From positions 3,040,001 to 3,104,000 of the forward strand of contig OY782041.1 in the NCBI GenBank assembly GCA_963677595.1: DNA of 64,000 nucleotides, given 5' to 3'. Below, one piece after another: positions 10,053 through 19,748 of this stretch (the stretch's first letter is position 1; each line of letters begins with the position of its first letter). The stretch comes from Spirochaetia bacterium. Its GTDB lineage: Bacteria > Spirochaetota > Spirochaetia > CAKZLE01. Below the pieces are notes generated by a model, which did no database searches, was not told the origin of the DNA, and was given only the letters and a program-made list of their open reading frames with translations. A program made the translations under genes and the position numbers.

Positions 10053-11624
10053 ATGAAAACAAAAAAACTGTTTCTCGTATTATTATTGGTGTTGACAGCA
10101 ACAATGATGATCTGGGCTGGCGGTGCCCAGGAGAAAGATACTGACGGAAGCAAGCTTCCGGAATTGACAATTTTCAATAACAGGCCAGCTCGTCAATCGA
10201 TACCAGAAGCTGTAGATTTTTGGGATAACCCCTACATCAATTTTATCAGGGAATCAAGCGGCATTGATCCTATTTACATCCGCCCTGAAACTTCCACATA
10301 CTATGACAAGCTCACTTTGATCATGTCATCTGGGGATATGCCTGAGCTGATTCAGGGCCGGGTCAGCGATCTGTGCAAGTATGCGGAAGAAGGTCTCCTT
10401 GTCCCGCTCGATGACCTGCTCAAAGAGAATGGTCAGGATATTCTGGATCATATACCTGCCGGGATTTGGGAACACCTGAAATATGATGGTAAGATTTATG
10501 GGCTCCCTGCAATATACTTTTATCCCATTCCGGGTAAGGATAGTATTCCCAATAGGATTCTCTGGGTACGAAGAGACTGGATGAATGCCCTTGATTTAGA
10601 AGAACCTACGACCCTGGATGAGTACGTTGAGATCCTGAGACAATTCAAAAACAATGATCCCGATGGGAATGGTGTGAATGATACAATGGGTTTGAGTGGT
10701 TATATGAAAAATGGGGATATTGGTGGACTTGATCATATTTTTGGAGCATTTGGCGTGATACAGACTACCGGAGGACAAGCTTCAGGGCCTTGGTCAGAGG
10801 TTAATGGGGAGATTGTGTACAATCCCACAAAGCCGGAGATGAAAGATGCCTTGGCGTTCCTGAACTCAATGTATGAGGAAGGTCTCTTAGATCCGGAGTT
10901 CTATCTCAATAATTCTACCCAATGGATGGAAAAAGTGTATCAAGGGAAGATTGGTACCTGGCTTGGATCCTGGTGGGAACCAGAAAATAGAACAGACAGA
11001 ATCGTTAACACTACCGGTGTCGCAAGCTTACCTGGCGGTCTTATTACACCTATTCATAGCCCTATCGGTCCGAATGGGGATAAAGGAAACAATGCAACTC
11101 TTTCGTTGAGTGAAGGGGTATATTTTGTGACTGTTGATGCAGAAGATCCTGCTTTAGCTGTGAAGTTCTATAACTGGCGTTTCAGTGATAAGGGTATAGA
11201 TTATGATTTCGGATTTGAAGGAACAAACTTCACTAAAGTTGACGGGGTTAGAGTAAAGAGTAAAGAGACCCCAGTAGATGCCTATGCGAGAGCCTACCAT
11301 ACGAGTTATGTCCCCTGGAATGAGGAAGATTTCCTTCAGTATGTTGTAGATACGACGAAGAATGATACAGATATGTTTGAAATAGCTTGGGAAGCTCTTG
11401 AAATATCAGCTGAAGATGGGGTTACCTCGGTTGTACCATATTACCAGCCGCCATCTCTCATAGAGTACGGCCCGGAACTGCAGAAATTATGGGTGGAAAC
11501 AGCTGTTCATATCATTACTGGCGAGGCTGATCTTGACAGATGGGATGAGTTTGTCACCCTGTGGTACGCAAATGGCGGAGCCGAGATCACCAAAGATATG
11601 AATAAGTATTATTACGGGAAGTAA
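10053..11624 (+). CDS. Extracellular solute-binding protein (LplA-like)
   Basis: AAGGAG RBS, signal peptide ...WAGGAQE, DPDGNGVND motif, DGKIYGLP. Confidence 0.9.
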   Translation: MKTKKLFLVLLLVLTATMMIWAGGAQEKDTDGSKLPELTIFNNRPARQSIPEAVDFWDNPYINFIRESSGIDPIYIRPETSTYYDKLTLIMSSGDMPELIQGRVSDLCKYAEEGLLVPLDDLLKENGQDILDHIPAGIWEHLKYDGKIYGLPAIYFYPIPGKDSIPNRILWVRRDWMNALDLEEPTTLDEYVEILRQFKNNDPDGNGVNDTMGLSGYMKNGDIGGLDHIFGAFGVIQTTGGQASGPWSEVNGEIVYNPTKPEMKDALAFLNSMYEEGLLDPEFYLNNSTQWMEKVYQGKIGTWLGSWWEPENRTDRIVNTTGVASLPGGLITPIHSPIGPNGDKGNNATLSLSEGVYFVTVDAEDPALAVKFYNWRFSDKGIDYDFGFEGTNFTKVDGVRVKSKETPVDAYARAYHTSYVPWNEEDFLQYVVDTTKNDTDMFEIAWEALEISAEDGVTSVVPYYQPPSLIEYGPELQKLWVETAVHIITGEADLDRWDEFVTLWYANGGAEITKDMNKYYYGK

Positions 11625-11655
11625 TTGAATTAAACATGTAACATGTTGAGAAGAA

Positions 11656-11701
11656 ACCGTTGATCAGTAACGAATCCTGGCTGATCAACGGTATTTCTTT
11701 T
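11656..11701 (+). terminator. Intrinsic terminator after the solute-binding protein gene
   Basis: ACCGTTGATCAG / CTGATCAACGGT stem followed by ATTTCTTTT. Confidence 0.7.
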
Positions 11702-11732
11702 CAAGCTGAGATAAAAAATTCAGGGGAGACTG

Positions 11733-13034
11733 ATGGAAAAGATTACATGGGCACGAGAGATACCAGTCAGGTATTCAGCTGATATCGCGGTAATTGGGGG
11801 AGGGATCGCCGGAGTGAGCGCCGCATGTGCTGCTGCAGATCTGGGAGTGAGCGTAATATTGGTTGAGAACTTCGCATCTCTTGGTGGAAACATGACAACA
11901 GGAGGAGTGACAGGTTTTTGTGGTGAGAATAAAGGACAAGGGGCGATATTTGACGAAATCAGTGCAGGAATGGAAGCGTTCAAAGCTGCATCTCCTTATG
12001 CCCCATATGGAACAAGATATGATCCAAATCGCATTCCAGGTTCGAAAGATGGACGACTGATTGATACACAACTCCTTTCTGTAGTTCTCCAGGAGATGGT
12101 ACTGAGGAGAGGCATCGAGTTGCTTCTTCACGCTAAATTCACAGACGTAATCAAGGAAGGCAGTAAAATCATTGGAGTAGTCATCGCAGGTGCCTCGGGT
12201 CCGGAATTAGTCAAAGCAACTCATTTTATTGACTGTACTGGTGATGGGTTGGTTGCATGGCAAGCAGGTTTTGAGGTCTCAAAAGGCTGCCCTTCCGGTG
12301 GGCTGCAGTTGCCGATGTCCTATAAGCTCTATGTCCATGAGGAGAAGAAAGGGTATGGGACAGCTATCCCTGATGGATGGTTTGATCAGATAGAGACCCC
12401 TGAAGATCTCCCTATGGTTAGTCCCAATAAAACGCTGTTTGATGGATATCTGGCTGTTAAAATCAAAATTCCCCTATATGATTCAACAGACACAGTTAGT
12501 TTGGCTCGGTCGGAGATATTCTCACGGCTTCGGGCAATGCAGGTAGTGGAGTATTATCAGAGAGTCGAGGATCGCCATTGGCGAATACTCTACTTCTCCC
12601 CTCGAATTGGTATTCGGGAAGGGTATCGTATTACAGGTCTGGAAACTCTCTCTATTGATGACCTGAGAGCTGGTCGAGAATTTCCTAATGCAATAGCCAG
12701 AGGAGTATACTACCTTGATGGTCATAAGCCAGATGATGATGGACGAACGTATATATTATCAGAGGAAGAAAGATATGTCCCACCTTATCAAATTCCCTTT
12801 GGGACATTGGTTGCACGAAACGGGAACAATCTGTTTATGGCAGGTCGCTGCTTCTCGGCAGACCAACTAGCCCTTTCTTCTGCACGGGTATCAACAACTT
12901 GTTCAATGACGGGGCAGGCTGCAGGTATTGGGGCTGCTTTGGCAATCAGAAGCGGATCTGATTCTCACCAAGTGGATGGATTAGACGTCCGGAGAATTGT
13001 TGAAGCAAAGGGAGCGAATCTATTGGTACACTGA
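11733..13034 (+). CDS. FAD-dependent oxidoreductase (FAD_oxidored family)
   Basis: VIGGGIAG, LGGNMT.GGV, FIDCTGDG, AGRCFS motifs. Confidence 0.85.
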   Translation: MEKITWAREIPVRYSADIAVIGGGIAGVSAACAAADLGVSVILVENFASLGGNMTTGGVTGFCGENKGQGAIFDEISAGMEAFKAASPYAPYGTRYDPNRIPGSKDGRLIDTQLLSVVLQEMVLRRGIELLLHAKFTDVIKEGSKIIGVVIAGASGPELVKATHFIDCTGDGLVAWQAGFEVSKGCPSGGLQLPMSYKLYVHEEKKGYGTAIPDGWFDQIETPEDLPMVSPNKTLFDGYLAVKIKIPLYDSTDTVSLARSEIFSRLRAMQVVEYYQRVEDRHWRILYFSPRIGIREGYRITGLETLSIDDLRAGREFPNAIARGVYYLDGHKPDDDGRTYILSEEERYVPPYQIPFGTLVARNGNNLFMAGRCFSADQLALSSARVSTTCSMTGQAAGIGAALAIRSGSDSHQVDGLDVRRIVEAKGANLLVH

Positions 13035-13199
13035 GTGCTCTTAAGGGCCACAATGGATTGGTTTGTGTAGAGAGTGATTTCCTCAGGTGATTCTGATGAA
13101 CCCTGCTGTATAGTACTTTCAGATAGTGAGTAAGCGGGTATACTGCTCCGAACCAAACGTTGAGTAAGTCTTATAACCCGATTTCCCTATGGAGCTTTT

Positions 13200-15596
13200 A
13201 TGAAATCCCATTCATCAATCAAGATCTTAACCACAATTTCTGATTCCCGTGTAGAAGCTGTCATTGAAGCGTTTGTTAACTACCTCCATTTCAAATCGAA
13301 CATACTGATTGAGAGGATCACCTCGACGAAAGGTGATGCTCATTTGGGGGAAAACTGCCTTACTATGTTCATTTCCTTGGACAAACAGTTGTCAGAAGCT
13401 TGTATGCCCACTAGTTATTCCCAAAATTGGCTACATCTATATGAAACTGCTCAGAACTTGCCGCAACCTGGTCTAGAAGGCTACCGAATTGTCTCGTCAT
13501 CTGATGCAGGGGAAGTCCTGATCCTTGCTGCTGATCAAAGGGGTGTGCTATATGGGTTGGGGCGGGTACTACGGGTTTCGAGTATCTACCCAAGTGCTAT
13601 GAGTTTCCCTGATGCCTTCTCCATATCAGCAACGCCTGCGTCAAAGATTCGTGGCATGCAATTGGGATATAGGCCAAAGACAAATGCGTATGATATGTGG
13701 AGTAAAGAACAATATCTCCGGTATATTTGGGAACTGGCCTTCTTTGGTGCAAATACAATAGAATTATTGCCGCCGCGAACTGATGATATCCTCTCAATCC
13801 CTGAAATGCTGTATGACCCATTAGAGATGCTGTGTTGGCTTTCTGCTGAGATCGATACACTTGGATTAGATGTTTCCATCTGGTATCCTAACCTGATTGA
13901 TGATATAACCGATCCAAAAGCTTTCGATGAGGCATTACGGGAGCGAGAAGAAATATTCAGTTCTTTAGCAAGGATTGATTACCTGATGGTTCCTGGAGGT
14001 GACCCGGGGGAATTACCCATAGCTGTTCTTTTTGATTGGATGGAACGAGTCCATGCACAATTGACCAGATTTCACCCCCATGCATCTATTTGGCTCTCCC
14101 CCCAATTCTCAGATTGCTCCCCTTCGAATATTGCTGCTTTTTATGCATATATATCGAAGAGACCATACTGGCTTGCCGGGATAGTTCATGGCCCTTGGGT
14201 AAAGGGAACGGTTTCAGAACTTCGGCAGTTAGTCCCCATGGAGTATCCTATCCGTCGCTACCCCGATATCTGTCACTCATTCAACTGTCAGCATCCGGTT
14301 TGGAATTGGGACCCTGCCTTTCTGATTACTCTTGGACGAGAAGGTTACAACCCTCGTCCAAGAGATTATAAACGCATCCATAACGCAGATGCTGCATATG
14401 CTGTTGGGAGCATTGCCTATTCCGAGGGGATCAATGATGATATCAATAAGTTTATCTGGCTTGATCAGGAATGGGACCCGCATACCAATGAATGGGACAC
14501 TCTAAAGGATTATGTACGCTTATTTATCAATCCTGATCTTACCTCTCAAATCGCAAAAGCCCTTATGAGATTCGAAACCCATTGGGATGGTCCCATTGCC
14601 CGCAATATGGATCGTATCCATGAGACGTTCTTAATGTGGGATACACTCTATAAATCACATGCTGTGGACCTTAACCATAATTACAGATTCATCATGCCCC
14701 TGCTGCGGGTGTATTGTGATGAGTATATTCGGTGCCGTTGGATATGGGAACATGCCCACCAGGAAGAACTGCTGACCCTGCTGCAACACTGTTCACCAAA
14801 TCGGCTCGAACAGACCCTGGAGGAAAGTAAGAGTATTCTGCAAAAGGGTGTTTCAATACCATTCAGGCAACTAAGGGAAGGTATCGACCACTTTGCCGAT
14901 AAGGCATTTGATCTGATCCGATGGCAGACTTCAGTGATCAGGCATCATGCAAAAAGTATCATGCGCGGGGCATTCGTTGATGCTGTCGATAAACCCATCT
15001 CTGATCTTGTATTCCTGCAGCGTGTCATAGACCATACTCAGGACTTTCCTGATCCACAGAGTGCTTGTGAATATGTATATCAAGCCATAGCAAGAGTGCG
15101 GCCTCGTCCGGGTTCTGTGTTCATGAATTTTCAATTCATCACAACAGTAGAACATGCTTCTCCGAACCTAATAAGTAGGAATGGAACAAGCGAGGGCATC
15201 CACCCTTATATCGGAACTATTTCCGCAGCATACAATACAACTCTTGGTGACATGCCTGAGGTACCGATGTATCCCATCATAGAGCAGACGTTCCTGACTG
15301 CTGATTTCGGACAAGCCTTCACGGTAGTTTTAAAAGATCTTGAATATGGAAAGCGATATACCCTGCAGCTTTGTTATGCTCGGAATCACAAACGTGCTGT
15401 TGGGATCAATCTTAGATCAGGTCCATATGAAATCCATTCAACCATTGAATTACCTGGAGCTACAACCATTCGAGAGTTTTCGATTCCCGTAGGCGCCATC
15501 ACCCATGAGGGCACTCTCTCACTAACCTGGCAGAACAGGGAATGCTCAATCTATGGTGGGGGTGTCGCTTGGTTGTCCCTGTCGATTGCTCATTGA
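13200..15596 (+). CDS. Large uncharacterised protein, probably glycoside-hydrolase-like
   Basis: 'EGYRI...LILAADQRGVLYGLGRVLR...PASKIRG' matches the GH20/GH67-type N-terminal module; followed by a probable TIM barrel. Confidence 0.55.
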   Translation: MKSHSSIKILTTISDSRVEAVIEAFVNYLHFKSNILIERITSTKGDAHLGENCLTMFISLDKQLSEACMPTSYSQNWLHLYETAQNLPQPGLEGYRIVSSSDAGEVLILAADQRGVLYGLGRVLRVSSIYPSAMSFPDAFSISATPASKIRGMQLGYRPKTNAYDMWSKEQYLRYIWELAFFGANTIELLPPRTDDILSIPEMLYDPLEMLCWLSAEIDTLGLDVSIWYPNLIDDITDPKAFDEALREREEIFSSLARIDYLMVPGGDPGELPIAVLFDWMERVHAQLTRFHPHASIWLSPQFSDCSPSNIAAFYAYISKRPYWLAGIVHGPWVKGTVSELRQLVPMEYPIRRYPDICHSFNCQHPVWNWDPAFLITLGREGYNPRPRDYKRIHNADAAYAVGSIAYSEGINDDINKFIWLDQEWDPHTNEWDTLKDYVRLFINPDLTSQIAKALMRFETHWDGPIARNMDRIHETFLMWDTLYKSHAVDLNHNYRFIMPLLRVYCDEYIRCRWIWEHAHQEELLTLLQHCSPNRLEQTLEESKSILQKGVSIPFRQLREGIDHFADKAFDLIRWQTSVIRHHAKSIMRGAFVDAVDKPISDLVFLQRVIDHTQDFPDPQSACEYVYQAIARVRPRPGSVFMNFQFITTVEHASPNLISRNGTSEGIHPYIGTISAAYNTTLGDMPEVPMYPIIEQTFLTADFGQAFTVVLKDLEYGKRYTLQLCYARNHKRAVGINLRSGPYEIHSTIELPGATTIREFSIPVGAITHEGTLSLTWQNRECSIYGGGVAWLSLSIAH

Positions 15597-15727
15597 GTGA
15601 GTTTGCGTTTGAGAGATTAGGGGGTTCTTAACGTACTAGTAAGAGTTTTTGAGAGCTTCCGTACATCATGTATGGCTGCCTGGTTGTTCCAACTTTAGAC
15701 AACAAGAGGATGAGGAGTATGATTATC

Positions 15728-17017
15728 ATGAATAAACCCGTAGAAACAATCATTGTTGGGGCAGGACATCGAGCTTTGCTCTATGCATCGTTAGCACTAA
15801 AAAAGCCTGAGTTGATGAGAGTGGTCGGGGTTGCCGATCCTTCAAAGGCTGCACGTGATATTGCTGTTAGAACCTTTGGGATTCCAGAAAGTATGTGCTG
15901 GGAGAGTGCTGAGGCATTGGCAGGACTGCCTCGGCAGGCAGATGCTATAATAAATGGCACTATGGACAATCAACATGTTCCAACTTCGTTACCGTTATTA
16001 GAAAGAGGATATCATATTCTTCTTGAAAAACCTTTTGCGGTAAACGAAACAGAGATGGAAGCATTTATTGAAGCGGTGGAGAAGGCAGGTGTTGTTGTCA
16101 ATATTTGTCATGTATTGAGGTATACACCATTTTATAGGAGTATTTATGATGTTGTTCGGGGTGGCAGCATTGGGGAGGTGATAACCATCCATGCTTCTGA
16201 ACATATATCGTATCATCATATGGCTGTCTCTTTTGTAAGAGGTAAGTGGGGTAATAAAGATATATCCGGTTCTTCAATGATCATGGCAAAGTGCTGCCAT
16301 GATCTTGATCTGCTCGTTTGGCTACAGAAAGGGCTTAAGCCAAAAGTGATTTCAAGTTCTGGTTCCCTGCAGTACTTTACAGAGAAGAACGCCCCTGTAG
16401 GTTCTGGAGAGAAATGCTTATTGGATTGCACCTGTGAGAGTGAATGCCTGTATTCCGCCAGGAAACATTATTTAGATCATCCCGATCGATGGAGTTTCTA
16501 TGTTTGGGATGAACTGAAGCATATTGAGAATCCCTCTATTAGAGAAAAAGAGGCTTTACTGAAGGGCGACAGTCCGTATGGCAGATGTGTTTTCAGAAGT
16601 AATAATACTGTTGTTGATCATCAACATGTCATTATCGAATTTGAAAATGGCAGTACGGGGTCTTTGGATATGGTTGGCGGTTGTGTGAAATCGGGAAGGA
16701 AGATTCACATCATTGGTAGTAAAGGGGAAATTGAAGGAATCTTTGAAGATGGATCATATGTTGTGCGCCTGATTGATCCCAGTCCTGGATGTGAGTTTGA
16801 AGAACATAGTATTGACGTAAGATTGTCTGGGGATTTTAGTGGTGTTCACGGTGGACATGGGGGCGGTGATCTGCGGTTGGTAGAGGATTTCATAAAGACC
16901 ATACGAGGGGAGGCCTCCTCAGTGTCTTCTACCAGTCTCTCTGATTCAATCGTTGGCCATAGGATAGGGTTTCTCGCGGAGAAGGCAAGATTGGCTAATC
17001 AAACAATCGTTATGTGA
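15728..17017 (+). CDS. Gfo/Idh/MocA family oxidoreductase
   Basis: IIVGAGHR, LLEKP, KCCHDLD, HGGGD. Start uncertain (15668-15728). Confidence 0.9.
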   Translation: MNKPVETIIVGAGHRALLYASLALKKPELMRVVGVADPSKAARDIAVRTFGIPESMCWESAEALAGLPRQADAIINGTMDNQHVPTSLPLLERGYHILLEKPFAVNETEMEAFIEAVEKAGVVVNICHVLRYTPFYRSIYDVVRGGSIGEVITIHASEHISYHHMAVSFVRGKWGNKDISGSSMIMAKCCHDLDLLVWLQKGLKPKVISSSGSLQYFTEKNAPVGSGEKCLLDCTCESECLYSARKHYLDHPDRWSFYVWDELKHIENPSIREKEALLKGDSPYGRCVFRSNNTVVDHQHVIIEFENGSTGSLDMVGGCVKSGRKIHIIGSKGEIEGIFEDGSYVVRLIDPSPGCEFEEHSIDVRLSGDFSGVHGGHGGGDLRLVEDFIKTIRGEASSVSSTSLSDSIVGHRIGFLAEKARLANQTIVM

Positions 17018-17054
17018 GGGGAACGTAAAACAGCGGAACTCTCTATAGGAGATC

Positions 17055-17726
17055 ATGGATATGAAAACAAGAAGGATACGAACTATTCTCTTTCAGGGAG
17101 ATTCAATCACTGATTGTGGTAGGGTAAGGGATCTGCAAGATGAGGAGAACAATCTGAAAGCGATGGGTCTTGGTTATCCGAAATTCATTGGGGCAAAACT
17201 ACTGACAGATTACCCAACTCATGAGTACTCTTTTTACAATAGAGGAATATCAGGTAATCGTGTTGTAGATTTGTATGCACGTTGGAAAGTAGATTGCCTC
17301 AATATCAAACCAGATTTGGTGAGTATCTTGGTCGGCGTTAATGATACCTGGCATGATAAAGACAGCTCTAATGGAGTTGAACCAGACCGATATGAGGTAA
17401 TGTATCGAATGCTGCTTGAATGGACACAATGGGTATTACCCGAAACTATAATTGTGTTATGTGAACCATTTGTGTTGAACTGTGGTGTCGTAAGAGAGGG
17501 TTGGATACCAGAAATGGATGCAAGACGAATGATAGTTCGGTCTTTAGCGAAAGACTTCAATTGTCCTTTCATCCCATTCCAGTCCATGTTTAACGAAGTA
17601 TCAACAACAGCTCCAGCTGAATTCTGGGCGCAGGATGGGGTCCATCCTTCATTGGCAGGGCATAATAAGATGGCAGAGTTCTGGTTGGAACATATCAAAT
17701 TAGATCAAGATGATAGCTTTATATAG
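17055..17726 (+). CDS. SGNH/GDSL esterase
   Basis: FQGDSIT, NRGISG, GVND, DGVHP catalytic blocks. Confidence 0.9.
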   Translation: MDMKTRRIRTILFQGDSITDCGRVRDLQDEENNLKAMGLGYPKFIGAKLLTDYPTHEYSFYNRGISGNRVVDLYARWKVDCLNIKPDLVSILVGVNDTWHDKDSSNGVEPDRYEVMYRMLLEWTQWVLPETIIVLCEPFVLNCGVVREGWIPEMDARRMIVRSLAKDFNCPFIPFQSMFNEVSTTAPAEFWAQDGVHPSLAGHNKMAEFWLEHIKLDQDDSFI

Positions 17727-17875
17727 CAGGAGATCTGCTATTTATTCGTTGAGCAGTGTAACCTATTCATTCTCCCCTCGGGAACTGCAAATCAAGTGAA
17801 CCCAGTCTTTAAAGCGGGAGGATCCTGTATATACACTGTGCATCCAGATGGTATTCAAAGGGGAGACGAATCCTA

Positions 17876-17918
17876 TTGACATTGGCTCGAGGTGTAGTAT
17901 TATTACTGTTATAACGGT
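17876..17918 (+). promoter_or_regulatory. Sigma70-like promoter with a palindromic operator
   Basis: TTGACA(17876)-16 bp-TATTAT; near-palindrome ACTGTTATAACGGT at 17905-17918. Confidence 0.55.
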
Positions 17919-17942
17919 TAAAACAAACTTAAGGAGTTCTAT

Positions 17943-18596
17943 ATTACTTCATTACAGTCAAGTGCGGAGAAAGCATACTCAGCCATTTTCAAGGCGATCA
18001 TGGAGAATCAACTCCCCAAAGAAGTATTCTTATCACAAAGAATGCTTGCTAACATGACAGGCACTTCTGTGATCTCTACCAGAGATGCCTTGAAGCAGTT
18101 ATCACATGAGGGATTGTTAGATTTCATTCCAAGGTGGGGCTATAGGATTCCGAAAACGACACGAACACACATTATTGAACAATATGGGTTGCGGGAAGCG
18201 CTTGAGGTGATGGTTGCTTATCTGTTGGCTGTTGGAACAACTGAAGAGCAGCAGACAAAACTTCGAGAGTATGCAGGTCTATGTGATTCCCTTCATAAAA
18301 CGACCTCAGAGGACCTCTCCCAAATATCTCAGACGCATCGTGATCTGCATCTGTTTATGGCGGAATGTACCGGGAATACCCTGTTGAGAAAGGAACTTGG
18401 TCTGTTGACCATCAGGAGTTTACGTTTTCAGGGCAGGAAGGAACTTTGGACCGGTGATATTGAACATCCCGAAACTTGGCATTCCTATCTTATTGATGAA
18501 ATACTTTCTGGAGATTCTGATCGAGCTCAGAAAGCTATGCATGAACATATCCAGCATGGGATGAATTTCGATCTTCGCATGTTCGATGATAGATAA
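17943..18596 (+). CDS. GntR/FCD family regulator, apparent ATT start
   Basis: wHTH 'SAEKAYSAIFKAIMENQLP...TRDALKQLSHEGLL' begins upstream of the first ATG (18000). AAGGAG lies 6 nt before an in-frame ATT. In-frame TAA at 17919. Confidence 0.8.
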   Translation: MTSLQSSAEKAYSAIFKAIMENQLPKEVFLSQRMLANMTGTSVISTRDALKQLSHEGLLDFIPRWGYRIPKTTRTHIIEQYGLREALEVMVAYLLAVGTTEEQQTKLREYAGLCDSLHKTTSEDLSQISQTHRDLHLFMAECTGNTLLRKELGLLTIRSLRFQGRKELWTGDIEHPETWHSYLIDEILSGDSDRAQKAMHEHIQHGMNFDLRMFDDR

Positions 18597-19665
18597 ATAT
18601 AATAATACATGGAGTAACATTGTGATAAGGCATTTTGGAATAATTGGGGTAGGTGCTATTGCAGATATTCATGCGAGAGCTATCGCAGAAATGAGCGAGG
18701 GAGAGCTAGTAGCTTGTTACGATGTCAACCCAGAGAGGGTTTCTGCATTCTGTGATAAGCACCATTGTCAAGGCTATTTGGATCTTGCCGGATTCCTGGC
18801 TGATGAAAGGGTGGAGATTGTTACCATCTGTACACCTTCCGGGCTACACCTGGATGCAGCAGTTTCAGCAGCGGCAGCGGGAAAGCACTTACTGGTTGAG
18901 AAACCGTTGGAAATAACTACCGCACGATGTGATCAAGTGATTCAAGCTGCGAAGAAAAATAATGTCTTGCTCTCGGGTATTTTCCCTTCAAGATTCAATG
19001 AAGCCTCTCAACTGATCAAACGTACCATAGATTCTGGAAGGTTAGGGCAGATTGTCTTGGCAGATGCCTATGTGAAATGGTTCAGGACCCAGGAGTATTA
19101 TGATGGAAGCGGCTGGCGTGGAACCTGGGCTTTGGACGGCGGAGGAGCCCTCATGAACCAGTCAATTCATGCTATCGATCTGCTTCAGTGGCTGATAGGA
19201 CCTGTAAGTTCTATATGCTCCTTTACTGGGACGTTGGCTCATGAACGGATTGAGGTTGAAGATACCGCTGTGGCAACCTTGAAGTTTATTAATGGTGCTT
19301 TAGGGGTTATTGAAGGTTCAACAGGAGTATATCCAGGGTTCCCAAAGAAGATATCCATATCCGGCAGTAAAGGGACCATCACCCTTGAAGAGGACAAGAT
19401 TGTAACATGGGAATTTGATTCTTCCCTACCGGAGGATACTGCTATACGTGAACAATACTTTAGTGAAACCGGCTCTGCCGGAGGATCCTCAAACCCGTCA
19501 GCAATCAGCTATTCGGGACATCAGCACCAGTTTGAGAATATGGTAGATGCCGTCAATCATGGAACAGCTTTACTGATAGATGGTTGGGAAGCCCGTAAAG
19601 CGGTAGAGATTATCGAGGCTATATATCGGAGTGCTAATAATCATGAGCCTGTATGTCTGAATTGA
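18586..19665 (+). CDS. Gfo/Idh/MocA family oxidoreductase
   Basis: GIIGVGAIA, LVEKP, WRGTWALDGGGALMNQSIH. True start may be GTG 18622. Confidence 0.92.
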   Translation: MIDKYNNTWSNIVIRHFGIIGVGAIADIHARAIAEMSEGELVACYDVNPERVSAFCDKHHCQGYLDLAGFLADERVEIVTICTPSGLHLDAAVSAAAAGKHLLVEKPLEITTARCDQVIQAAKKNNVLLSGIFPSRFNEASQLIKRTIDSGRLGQIVLADAYVKWFRTQEYYDGSGWRGTWALDGGGALMNQSIHAIDLLQWLIGPVSSICSFTGTLAHERIEVEDTAVATLKFINGALGVIEGSTGVYPGFPKKISISGSKGTITLEEDKIVTWEFDSSLPEDTAIREQYFSETGSAGGSSNPSAISYSGHQHQFENMVDAVNHGTALLIDGWEARKAVEIIEAIYRSANNHEPVCLN

Positions 19666-19748
19666 GATATTGCTTATGATTTTAACAGGAATCATGGATG
19701 AGTACTCCCCAGAAATAGAGGACCAGTTTCGTGAGGCTGTTGTACTTA

